Source: Lingula anatina
Lineage: Eukaryota; Animalia; Brachiopoda
Direction of reading: 5' to 3'
DNA length: 64,000 nucleotides
NCBI GenBank assembly: GCA_051362555.1
Contig: CM120640.1
Location: 20,088,001-20,152,000, forward strand
Made by a program: the position numbers and the translations under genes
Shown here: piece by piece, positions 1-13,300 of the stretch
Position numbering within the stretch: position 1 is the stretch's first letter
Layout of the letters: each line of letters begins with the position of its first letter
The notes under the pieces: generated by a model
What the model saw: the letters and a program-made list of their open reading frames with translations, nothing else
What the model was told of the DNA's origin: nothing
Databases searched by the model: none

Positions 1-3000
1 TCAACCACAGCTGTCACTACAGGAACAATATCTACCATATCATCTAGTGAGTCATCCTCCATACTGACAAGTGCTACAACATCACCTACAGACTCACTTT
101 CAACTCAGTTCACAGCAGCATTGACAGACAGTGGTCTCCCTACTGACTCTGCTGCTGTTTCAGCTACTGACAGTGCAAGTACTGCAACCTCTGATGTAAC
201 GTCAACCACAGCTGTAGCATCCAGTGAGTCATCCTCCATACTGGCAACTGCTACAACATCAGCTGCTGACTCAGTTTCAACTCAGTTCACAACAGCATTG
301 ACAGACAGTGGTCTCTCTACTGATTCTGCTGCTCTATCAGCTACTGACAGTGCAAGTACTGCAACTTCTGATGTAACATCAACCACAGCTGTCACTACGG
401 GAACAATATCTACCATAGCATCCAGTGAGTCATCCTCCATACTGACAAGTGCTACAACATCACCTACTGACTCACTTTCAACTCAGTTCACAGCAGCATT
501 GACAGACAGTGGTCTCTCTACTGACTCTGCTGCTGTTTCAGCTACGGACATTGCAAGTAGTGCAACATCTGATATAACGTCAACCACAGTTGTCACTACA
601 GGAACAATATCTACCATAGCATCCAGTGAGTCATCCTCTCTACTGGCAAGTGCTACAACATCAGTTGCTGACTCAGTTTCAGCTCAGTTCACTGCAGCAT
701 TGACAGACAGTGGTCTCTCTACTGATTCTGCTGCTCTATCAGCTACTGACAGTGCAAGTACTGCAACTTCTGATGTAACGTCAAGCACAGCTGTCACGAC
801 TGGAACAATATGTACCATAGCATCCAGTGAGTCATCCTCCATACTGGCAAGTGCTACAACATCAGCTGCTGACTCAGTTTCAACTCAGTTCACTGCAGCA
901 GTGACAGACAGTGGTCTCTCTACTGATTCTGCTGCTCTATCATCTTCTGACAGTGCAAGTACTGCAACTTCTGATGTAACGTCAACCACAGCTGTCACTA
1001 CAGGAACAATATCTACCATATCATCCAGTGAGTCATCCTCCATACTGAGAAGTGCTACAACATCACCTACAGACTCACTTTCAACTCAGTTCACAGCAGC
1101 ATTGACAGACAGTGGTCTCCCTACTGACTCTGCTGCTGTTTCAGCTACTGACAGTGCAAGTACTGCAACCTCTGATGTAACGTCAACCACAGCTGTAGCA
1201 TCCAGTGAGTCATCCTCCATACTGGCAACTGCTACAACATCAGCTGCTGACTCAGTTTCAACTCAGTTCACAACAGCATTGACAGACAGTGGTCTCTCTA
1301 CTGATTCTGCTGCTCTATCAGCTACTGACAGTGCAAGTACTGCAACTTCTGATGTAACGTCAACCTCAGCTGTCACTACGGGAACAATATCTACCATAGC
1401 ATCCAGTGAGTCATCCTCCATACTGGCAAGTGCTACAACATCAGCTGCTGACTCAGTTTCAACTCAGTTCACTGCATCAGTGACAGGCAGTGGTCTTTCT
1501 ACTGACTCTGCTGCTGTTTCAGCTACTGACATTGCAAGCAGTGCAACCTCTGATGTAACGTCAACCACAGCTGTCACTACAGGAACAATATCTACCATAG
1601 CATCCACTGAGTCATCCTCCATACTGGCAAGTGCTACATCATCAGCTGCTGACTCAGTTTCAACTCAGTTCACTGCATCAGTGACAGACAGTGGTCTTTT
1701 TACTGACTCTGCTGCTGTTTCAGCTACTGACAGTGCAAGTACTGCAACCTCTGATGTAACCTCAACCACAGCTGTAGAATCCAGTGAGTCATCCTCCATA
1801 CTGGCAACTGCTACAACATCAGCTGCTGACTCAGTTTCAACTCAGTTTACAGCAGCATTGACAGACAGTGGTCTCTCTACTGATTCTGCTTCTCTATCAG
1901 CTACTGACAGTGCAAGTACTGCACCTTCTGATGTAACGTCAACCACAGTTGTCACGACGGGAATAATATCTACCATAGCATCCAGTGAGTCATCCTCCAG
2001 ACTGGCAAGTGCTACAACATCAGCTGCTGAATCAGTTTCAACTCAGTTCACTGCAGCAGTGACAGACAGTGGTCTTTCTTCAGAATCTGCTGCTGTTTCA
2101 GCTACTGACATTGCAAGTAGTGCAACATCTGATATAACGTCAACCACAGTTGTCACTACAGGAACAATATCTACCATAGCATCCAGTGAGTCATCCTCTC
2201 TACTGGCAAATGCTACAACATCAGTTGCTGACTCAGTTTCAGCTCAGTTCACTGCAGCATTGACAGACAGTGGTCTCTCTACTGATTCTGCTGCTCTATC
2301 AGCTACTGACAGTGGAAGTACTGCAACTTCTGATGTAACGTCAACCACAGCTGTCACGACGGGAACAATATCTACCATAGCATCCAGTGAGTCATCCTCC
2401 ATACTGGCAAGTGCTACAACATCAGCTGCTGACTCAGTTTCAACTCAGTTTACTACAGCAGTGACAGACAGTGGTCTCTCTACTGACTCTGCTGCTCTAT
2501 CATCTTCTGACAGTGCAAGTACTGCAACTTCTGATGTAACGTCAACCACAGCTGTCACTACAGGAACAATATCTACCATAGCATCCACTGAGTCATCCTC
2601 CATACTGGCAAGAGCTACAACATCAGCTGCTGACTCAGTTTCAACTCAGTTCACTGCAGCTGTGACAGGCACTGGTTTCTCTACTAACTCTGCTGCTGTT
2701 TCAGCTACTGACATTGCAAGCAGTGCAACCTCTGATGTAACGTCAACCACAGCTGTCACTACAGGAACAATATCTACCATAGCATCCACTGAGTCAACCT
2801 CCATACTGGCAAGTGCTACAACATCAGCTGCTGACTCAGTTTCAGCTCAGTTCACTGCAGCAGTGACAGATAGTGGTCTCTCTACTGACTCTGCTGCTGT
2901 TTCAGCTACTGACAGTGCAAGTACTGCAACCTCTGATGTAACGTCAACCACAGCTGTAGCATCCAGTGAGTCATCCTCCATACTGGCAAGTGCTACAACA

Positions 3001-6000
3001 TCAGCTGCTGACTCAGTTTCAACTCAGTTCACAACAGCATTGACAGACAGTGGTCTCTCTACTGATTCTGCTGCTCTATCAGCTACTGACAGTGCAAGTA
3101 CTGCAACTTCTGATGTAACATCAACCACAGCTGTCACTACAGGAACAATATCTACCATATCATCCAGTGAGTCATCCTCCATACTGACAAGTGCTACAAC
3201 ATCACCTACAGACTCACTTTCAACTCAGTTCACAGCAGCATTGACAGACAGTGGTCTCCCTACTGACTCTGCTGCTGTTTCAGCTACTGACAGTGCAAGT
3301 ACTGCAACCTCTGATGTAACGTCAACCACAGCTGTAGCATCCAGTGAGTCATCCTCCATACTGGCAACTGCTACAACATCAGCTGCTGACTCAGTTTCAA
3401 CTCAGTTCACAACAGCATTGACAGACAGTGGTCTCTCTACTGATTCTGCTGCTCTATCAGCTACTGACAGTGCAAGTACTGCAACTTCTGATGTAACATC
3501 AACCACAGCTGTCACTACGGGAACAATATCTACCATAGCATCCAGTGAGTCATCCTCCATACTGACAAGTGCTACAACATCACCTACTGACTCACTTTCA
3601 ACTCAGTTCACAGAAGCATTGACAGACAGTGGTCTCTCTACTGACTCTGCTGCTGTTTCAGCTACGGACATTGCAAGTAGTGCAACATCTGATATAACGT
3701 CAACCACAGTTGTCACTACAGGAACAATATCTACCATAGCATCCAGTGAGTCATCCTCTCTACTGGCAAGTGCTACAACATCAGTTGCTGACTCAGTTTC
3801 AGCTCAGTTCACTGCAGCATTGACAGACAGTGGTCTCTCTACTGATTCTGCTGCTCTATCAGCTACTGACAGTGCAAGTACTGCAACTTCTGATGTAACG
3901 TCAAGCACAGCTGTCACGACTGGAACAATATCTACCATAGCATCCAGTGAGTCATCCTCCATACTGGCAAGTGCTACAACATCAGCTGCTGACTCAGTTT
4001 CAACTCAGTTCACTGCAGCAGTGACAGACAGTGGTCTCTCTACTGATTCTGCTGCTCTATCATCTTCTGACAGTGCAAGTACTGCAACTTCTGATGTAAC
4101 GTCAACCACAGCTGTCACTACAGGAACAATATCTACCATATCATCCAGTGAGTCATCCTCCATACTGAGAAGTGCTACAACATCACCTACAGACTCACTT
4201 TCAACTCAGTTCACAGCAGCATTGACAGACAGTGGTCTCCCTACTGACTCTGCTGCTGTTTCAGCTACTGACAGTGCAAGTACTGCAACCTCTGATGTAA
4301 CGTCAACCACAGCTGTAGCATCCAGTGAGTCATCCTCCATACTGGCAACTGCTACAACATCAGCTGCTGACTCAGTTTCAACTCAGTTCACAACAGCATT
4401 GACAGACAGTGGTCTCTCTACTGATTCTGCTGCTCTATCAGCTACTGACAGTGCAAGTACTGCAACTTCTGATGTAACATCAACCACAGCTGTCACTACG
4501 GGAACAATATCTACCATAGCATCCAGTGAGTCATCCTCCATACTGACAAGTGCTACAACATCACCTACTGACTCACTTTCAACTCAATTCACAGCAGCAT
4601 TGACAGACAGTGGTCTCTCTACTGACTCTGCTGCTGTTTCAGCTACTGACAGCGCAAGTACCGCAACCTCTGATGTAATGTCAACCACAGCTGTAGCATC
4701 CAGTGAGTCATCCTCCATACTGGCAACTGCTACAACATCAGCTTTTGACTCAGTTTCAACTCTATTCACAGCAGCATTGACAGACAGTGGTCTCTCTACT
4801 GATTCTGCTGCTCTATCAGCTATTGACAGTGCAAGTATTGCAACTTCTGATGTAACGTCAACCACAGCTGTCATTACGGGAACAATATCTACCATAACAT
4901 CAAGTGAGTCATCCTCCATACTGGCAAGTGCTATAACATCAGCTGCTGACTCAGTTTCAACTCAGTTCACTGCAGCAGTGACAGACACTGGTCTCTCTAC
5001 TGACTCTGCTGCTGTTTCAGCTACTGACATTGCAAGCAGTGCAACCTCTGATGTAACGTCAACCACAGCTGTCACTACAGGAACAATATCTACCATAGCA
5101 TCCACTGAGTCATCCTCCATACTGACAAGTGCTACAACATCACCTACTGACTCACTTTCAACTCAGTTCACAGCAGCATTGACAGACAGTGGTCTCTCTA
5201 CTGACTCTGCTGCTGTTTCAGCTACTGACAGTGCAAGTACTGCAACCTCTGATGTAATGTCAACCACAGCTGTATCATCCAGTGATTCATCCTCCATACT
5301 GGCAACTGCTACAACATCAGCTGTTGACTCAGTTTCAACTCTGTTCACAGCAGCATTGACAGACAGTGGTCTCTCTACTGATTCTGCTGCTCTATCAGCT
5401 ATTGGCAGAGCAAGTACTGCAACTTCTGATGTAATGTCAACCACAGCTGTCATTACGGGAACAATATCTACCATAGCATCCAGTGAGTCATCCTCCATAC
5501 TGGCAAGTGCTGCAACATCAGCTGCTGACTCAGTTTCAACTCAGTTCACTGCAGCAGTGACAGACACTGGTCTCTCTACTGACTCTGCTGCTGTTTCAGC
5601 TACTGACATTGCAAGCAGTGCAACCTCTGATGTAACGTCAACCACAGCTGTCACTACAGGAACAATATCTACCATAGCATCCACTGAGTCATCCTCCATA
5701 CTGGCAAGTGCTACAACATCAGCTGCTGACTCACTTTCAACTCAGTTCACTGCATCAGTGACAGGCAGTGGTCTTTCTACTGACTCTGCTGCTGTTTCAG
5801 CTACTGACAGTGCAAGTACTGCAACCTCTGATGTAACGTCAACCACAGCTGTATCATCCAGTGAGTCATCTTCCATACTGGCAATTGCTACAACATCAGC
5901 TGCTGACTCAGTTTCAACTCAGTTCACAGCAGCATTGACAGACAGCGGTCTCTCTTCTGATTCTGCTTCTCTATCAGCTACTGACAGTGCAAGTACTGCA

Positions 6001-9000
6001 ACTTCTGATGTAACGTCAACCACAGCTGTCACGACGGGAACAATATCTACCATAGCATCCAGTGAGTCATCCTCCATACTGGCAAGTGCTACAACATCAG
6101 CTGCTGACTCAGTTTCAACTCAGTTCACTGCAGCAGTGACAGACATTGGTCTTTCTTCAGAATCTGCTGCTGTTTCAGCTACTGACATTGCAAGTAGTGC
6201 AACATCTAATATAAAGTCAACCACAGTTGTCACTACAGGAACAATATCTACCATAGCATCCAGTGAGTCATCCTCTCTACTGGCAAGTGCTACAACATCA
6301 GCTGCTGACTCAGTTTCAACTCAGTTCACAGCAGCATTGACAGACAGTGGTCTCTCTACTGATTCTGCTTCTCTATCAGCTACTGACAGTGCAAGTACTG
6401 CAACTTCTGATGTAACGTCAACCACAGCTGTCACGACGGTAACAATATCTACCATAGCATCCAGTGAGTCATCCTCCATACTGGCAAGTGCTACATCAAC
6501 AGCTGCTTACTCAGTTTCAACTCAGTTAACTGCAGCAGTGACAGACAGTGGTCTCTCTACTGATTCTGCTGCTCTATCATCTTCTGACAGTGCAAGTACT
6601 GCAACTTCTGATGTAACATCAACCACAGCTGTCACTACAGGAACAATATCTACCATAGCATCCACTGAGTCATCCTCCATACTGGCAAGTGCTACAACAT
6701 CAGCTGCTGACTCACTTTCAACTCAGTTCACTGCATCAGTGACAGGCAGTGGTCTTTCTACTGACTCTGCTGCTGTTTCAGCTACTGACAGTGCAAGTAC
6801 TGCAACCTCTGATGTAACGTCAACCACAGCTGTATCATCCAGTGAGTCATCTTCCATACTGGCAATTGCTACAACATCAGCTGCTGACTCAGTTTCAACT
6901 CAGTTCACAGCAGCATTGACAGACAGCGGTCTCTCTACTGATTCTGCTTCTCTATCAGCTACTGACAGTGCAAGTACTGCAACTTCTGATGTAACATCAA
7001 CCACAGCTGTCACGACGGGAACAATATGTACCATAGCATCCAGTGAGTCATCCTCCATACTGGCAAGTGCTACAACATCAGCTGCTGACTCAGTTTCAAC
7101 TCAGTTCACTGCAGCAGTGACAGACATTGGTCTTTCTTCAGAATCTGCTGCTGTTTCAGCTACTGACATTGCAAGTAGTGCAACATGTAATATAAAGTCA
7201 ACCACAGTTGTCACTGCAGGAACAATATCTACCATAGCATCCAGTGAGTCATCCTCTCTACTGGCAAGTGCTACAACATCAGCTGCTGACTCAGTTTCAA
7301 CTCAGTTCACAGCAGCATTGACAGACAGTGGTCTCTCTACTGATTCTGCTTCTCTATCAGCTACTGACAGTGCAAGTACTGCAACTTCTGATGTAACGTC
7401 AACCACAGCTGTCACGACGGTAACAATATCTACCATAGCATCCAGTGAGTCATCCTCCATACTGGCAAGTGCTACAACAACAGCTGCTTACTCAGTTTCA
7501 ACTCAGTTAACTGCAGCAGTGACAGACAGTGGTCTCTCTACTGATTCTGCTGCTCTATCATCTTCTGACAGTGCAAGTACTGCAACTTCTGATGTAACAT
7601 CAACCACAGCTGTCACTACAGGAACAATATCTACCATAGCATCCATTGAGTCAACCTCCATACTGGCAAGTGCTACAACATCAGCTGCTGACTCAGTTTC
7701 AGCTCAGTTCACTGCAGCAGTGACAGACAGTGTTCTCTCTACTGACTCTGCTGCTGTTTCAGCTACTGACATTGCAAGTAGTGTAACATCTGATGTAGCG
7801 TCAACCACAGCTGTCACTACGGGAACAATATCTACCATAACATCAAGTGAGTCATCTTCCATACTGGCAAGTGCTACAACATCAGCTGCTGACTCAGTTT
7901 CAGCTCAGTTCACTGCAGCAGTGATAGACAGTGGTCTCTCTACTGACTCTGCTGTTGTTTCAGCCACTGACATTGCAAGCAGTGCAACCTCTGATGTAAC
8001 GTTAACCACAGCTGTCACTACAGGAACAATATTTACCATAGCATCAAGGGAGTCATCTTTCATACTGGCAAGTGCTACAACATCAGCTGCTGACTCAGTT
8101 TCAGCTCAGTTCACTGCATCAGTGACAGACAGTGGTCTCTCTACTGACTCTGCTGCTGTTTCAGCTACTGACAGTGCAAGTAGTTCAACATCTGATGTAA
8201 CGTCAACCACAACTGTCACTACGGAAACAATACCTACTATAGCATCCAGTGAGTCATCCTCCATACTGGCAAGTGCTACAACATCAGCTGCTGACTCAGT
8301 TTCAACTCCGTTCACTGCATCAGTGAAAGACAGTGGTCTCTCTACTGATTCTGCTGCTCTATCAGCTACTGACATTGCAAGCAGTGCAACATCTGATATA
8401 ACGTCAACCACAGCTGTCACTATAGGAACATTATCTACCATAGCATCAAGGGAGTCATCTTCCATACTGGCAAGTGCTACAACATCAGCTGCTGACTCAG
8501 TTTCAGCTCAGTTCACTGCAGCACTGACAGACAGTGGTCTCTCTACTGACTCTGCTGCTGTTTCAGCTACTGACAGTGCAAGTACTGCAACATCTGATGT
8601 ATCATCAACCATAGCTGTCACTACAAATACAATATCTACCATACCAGCCAGTGAGTCATCCTCCATACTAGTAAGTGCTACAACATCGGCTGCTGACTCA
8701 GTTTCAACTCCGTTTACTGCAGCACTGACAGACAGTGGTCTCTCTACTGACTCTGCTGCTGTTTCAGCTACTGACAGTGCAAGTACTGCAATATCTGATG
8801 TAACATCAACCATAGCTGTCACTACAAAAACAATATCTACCATACCAGCCAGTGAGTCATCCTCCATACTAGTAAGTGCTACAACATCAGCTGCTGACTC
8901 AGTTTCAACTCAGTTCACTGCATTGGTCACAGACAGTGGTCTCTTTACTGACTCTGCTGCTGTTTCAGCTACTGACAGTGCAAGTACTGCAACCTCTGAT

Positions 9001-10381
9001 GTAACGTCAACTACAGCTGTCCCTACAGGAACAATATTTACCATAGCATCCAGTGAGTCATCCTCCATACTGGCAACTGCTACAACATCAGCTGCTGACT
9101 CAGTTTCAACTCAGTTCACAGCAGCATTGACAGACAGTGGTCTCCCTACTGATTCTGCTGCTCTATCAGCTACTGACAGTGCAAGCAGTGCAACATCTGA
9201 TATAACGTCAACCACAGCTGTCACTACGGGAACAATATCTACCATAGCATCCAGTGAGTCATCCTCCATACTGGCAAGATCTACTACATCAGCTGCTGAC
9301 TCAGTTTCAACTCAGTTCACTGCAGCATTGACGGACGCTGGTCTCTCTACTGACTCTGCTGCTGTTTCAGCTACTGACATTGCAAGCAGTGCAACCTCTG
9401 ATGTAACGTCAACTACAGCTGTCCCTACAGGAACAATATCTACCATAGCATCCAGTGAGTCATCTTCCATACTGGCAAGTGCTACAACATCAGCTGCTGA
9501 CTCAGTTTCAGCTCAGTTCACTGCAGCAGTGACAGACAGTGGTCTCTCTACTGACTCTGCTGCTGTTTCAGCTACTGACAATGCAAGTAGTGCAACATCT
9601 GATGTAACATCAACCACAGCTGTTTCTACAGATTTATTGTTTACCATTCTAGCTAGTGAGTTATCCTCCATATTGGCAAGTGCTACAACATCAGCTGATG
9701 ACTCAGTTTTAACACAGTTTGGTTCAGCAGTGACCGATAGTAGTCTCTCTACTGACCCTACTGCATTTTCAGCAACCTTTGATGTAACCTCGACCACACC
9801 TGTCACTACAGAAACATTATCTATTATAGCCGCCAGTGAGACATCTTCTATACTGACAAGTACTACAACATCATCTACTGAATCACTTTCAACACACTTA
9901 AGCTCAGTAATGACAGATAGAAGTTTGTCAACTCATTCTGCTTCAACTTTGGGAAGTGTTGGTGCTAGCTCTGCCACATTTGTAACCTCAACCACTCCTG
10001 TCACTACAAAAGTGCTATTTACCATTACAAGCGATGATTCTTCCTTTAGTGTTACATCAGCAGTTGATTCAGGTACAGCACAGTTGACCTCAGCTGTGAC
10101 AGATAGTACCCTGTCCATTGATTTTGCAAGTGTATCTGCAAGTGACATGACAAGCAGTGCAGCTACATATGTCACTACAGAAACCTTAGTGACTGCAGCA
10201 TCTACTGAGTCATCTTCACTACTGGCAAGTGCTACCAGTCTATCCATTGAGTCTTTGACATCTGTAACAGCCGTCCCAGTTGCTTCAGTCAGCATATTTC
10301 CAAGTATAACCTTAGGCTCTGAAACGTCAAGTGGCATTGGGGAAACATATTCCTCAGCCTTTGTACCTTCCACAACAGCAT
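1..10381 (+). repeat. Coding tandem repeat exon with 201-bp (67 aa) and 177-bp (59 aa) Ser/Thr/Ala/Asp-rich units, about 50 copies in window
   Basis: GACAGTGGTCTC recurs at 127, 304, 505, 706 (spacings 177, 201, 201). The short unit lacks the 24 bp encoding TTGTISTI. No stop codon in 10.4 kb. Units degenerate after about 9.6 kb. Confidence 0.97.
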
Positions 10382-13300
10382 GTAAGTTGTTTTTTCAGAA
10401 CATTTGCTCAATACTTAATTCTGATTAAGCCGGTGTATTTTTAATAAATTTTGTCAGTTCATCAAGGGAGATATAATTAGAAAACAACAATAATTTATAT
10501 GTGCATTTATTATTATTATTATTATTTTATTTGCTTGCCCTCCAGCTTTTGCTGAATATATCATAAATTGTACACCACTAGCTTAAAATTTGTGATATTT
10601 AGTTTGGAAAAGAAGTTAAGCATACAAAAGTACATTTATTTATTTTATTGTATTTTATATACACATGTATATATATATTTTTGGTCAACAAGATTTACAA
10701 ATAGAATTTACACATTTGTGCTCTTTTAGCATGCATGGGTTGTGCATGTTAAATGAATTGCAGTATTAAAAATACTTTTTCGACTTTCTCAGAATTCTTT
10801 CCATTCACTTAAGCTATCAGATCACAGGGGTAACTTGCATACCATAAGTAAATTTAACATTTGTCAAGTCCAGCTGAGAAAGCCTTCAAGGATATTTCTA
10901 GCACCATTATACATGCCTATAGTGTGTTTAATTTCAACATGAGAGGCGACTTTCAATGGACATTTACATCATACAATTCTGTTTTTTTTTTTTCCAGCTG
11001 TAGTCTGCTCAGAACTGCCTGGAGCTGTTGCTGGGGCAACAGTAGTTAGTGGTAGTTCACAGAAGACAACCTATACTGTTGGTGAAAATGCCAACCTTGC
11101 TTGCAATTGCTCTGATGCGTTTGTTCAAGTTGGATGTGTCGGGAACTCACTTCTGTGTAACAGTAGTGGAATGTTTGAAGGAGATCTCCTTACATGTTCA
11201 TGTAAGGAACACTAATACTCATTATTGTTTGTGATTTACAATAGACAAAACATTTATACTATCAATAAAGAAGTAAATAATTAAAAAACCAAAGCTAGGT
11301 ATTTTCCATGATGCCTCATAGGTAAAAATGTTTTCGTCTTTTTATTTATTTTCATTTTAATTTAATTTGATATAGAAAAATTAGGTGTTTTATGTTAAAA
11401 AAAACATTGTAAAGTATTACTGACATTTAAAGGTGGTAAATTATGGTAAATAATGATTATACTGCATCAGAAAGTATCTATTTTTACGTCATGGACATTT
11501 ATCTTGTTTCAGCTTGTGACTGCCTGAATTATTATGACAACTCAGAAAGTGGTTTAACAGAACGCAGCAGATCAGAGGCACAAGCATTCTGTTTGCAAGA
11601 CCACGATGATGAGTTTACTGGCAATAATGATGGTAATGATTTTGGAATTCTGGCCAAATGGCAGTGTGATAACTGTTGGAATGCCATTGAAGATCGTTTG
11701 GCCGAGGAAGGTAAGTGCACTTCAATGTTTAACGGATTGTATACCTCAGAAACTGATTGTCTGGATAAGTGTTTTGAAATATGATATAAAAGATGAAATA
11801 TACATTTCTCTGAATCTAGTAAAACTATTGGAACAAAAACAGTTAAAATTGAACAAAGATTTCTTGTCTTTTTAATCACATTTCTTTAAAATTAACTTCT
11901 AAATCAGTTATATTTTCACTCATTTACATGTGTATGTCTCTTAAGATAACTATTAGAACATATAATTATTTTATTTGCTTGCCCTCCAGCTTTTGCTGAA
12001 AATCTTCTGTTCTGGACAAGTGGAGTTATAAGCAATATTACAACTGATGGATTTGAAATCACCTGGGAAGACTGCAGTAAGTTTCTTTTGAGTTGCTGAA
12101 ATTTGTTTTATGATGTATCTTATGTAATTTTTTACATAGTTGTCTCAAATTACATTAATGATTAGTGTGCTCTATGTTAAAACTAACTTATGGTCATTTC
12201 TCTCATTTTTTTCACTACAATAAAGTGCACCAAGTGAATGAGAAATGGCTAATATGTCTGAATCTATGATTCTCTATTCCAGGACAAAATGAATGTTTCT
12301 ATCCACATGGTACAATTATTTAATTGTATTTGGATGAATCATTGGCTATATATCCATATATATCTGGCTTGCAACTATATATCTATAAGGCATAATCTTA
12401 TTAGTATAGAATGTTAATCAATTTATTTATTAACTTAATAGTTAAGGGCCAGGTATTTCCCTAGCAGACAGAAATAATTAGATATTTCTGAATGAGAGAC
12501 TATGTGTTATAATCGTTTTGATAGTTATATTGATAATTACATTGTGCTTCAGATTCCACAATTTTCATAACCAGTGGAACATTTAACAGCACATATGGAG
12601 GAGAGACCAGTGGAGCAATACCAGAGTTAGGCCATTGTGTGTTCATCCTACATAAAGGGAGTAGAGAGCCCAAATCAGCTAACTCGACAAGTTATCGCAA
12701 TGAGCTGTATTTCAGGAATTGTGACAACAGTTATGCCTATCCATTGTGTATAGGTGGCCATTATTGTACTGTAGAGCATGGTAAGTGATTTGATTGTATA
12801 TTTCCAGCACATAAAAAACAGAATTTATTTGAGATGTGCCCTTGGTGATTGATTCAGTGACTGTTTTTTAATTGTGCTTAAATGTATTTGGGAAACATTT
12901 ATCTCCATATATTATAATGTCAGGTGGTTTTGTGCATAGCCTAGGTTCATGGCAGGTGTCACTTATTATGTCAGTTTATAATTTTATATGATATAAAAAT
13001 TTTTGATTTACAGAAATTGAAGATGCAAGGCGGTACTCCTCTACATCATTTGGAGATGAAACAGGCGATACATGTTTTGCTGAGGTTGATGATGGTAGCT
13101 CTGAGCAAATCCAGTTACCTCATGGTTTCTATATTGGCCAAAGGAAATTTTCATCTGTCTATGTATGTGTTTTTGTAATTTTGTCTCAATCTTCCCCATT
13201 TTAAGGAAAATGTATTAATGGATCAGCTAGTGAAGTGTACTATACATTAAGTATTACTTTGAATAATTGAAATTTCTGTACTGATATACAATGTTAACAG

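Noticed and set aside
121-123. Start of the 3435-aa ORF in the track
   Set aside because: It is a TTG inside a frame already open from base 1; the true start lies outside the window.
4584-10373. Antisense ORFs within the mucin repeat exon
   Set aside because: By-products of the codon-periodic sense repeat; they recur at the repeat offsets and have no independent signals.
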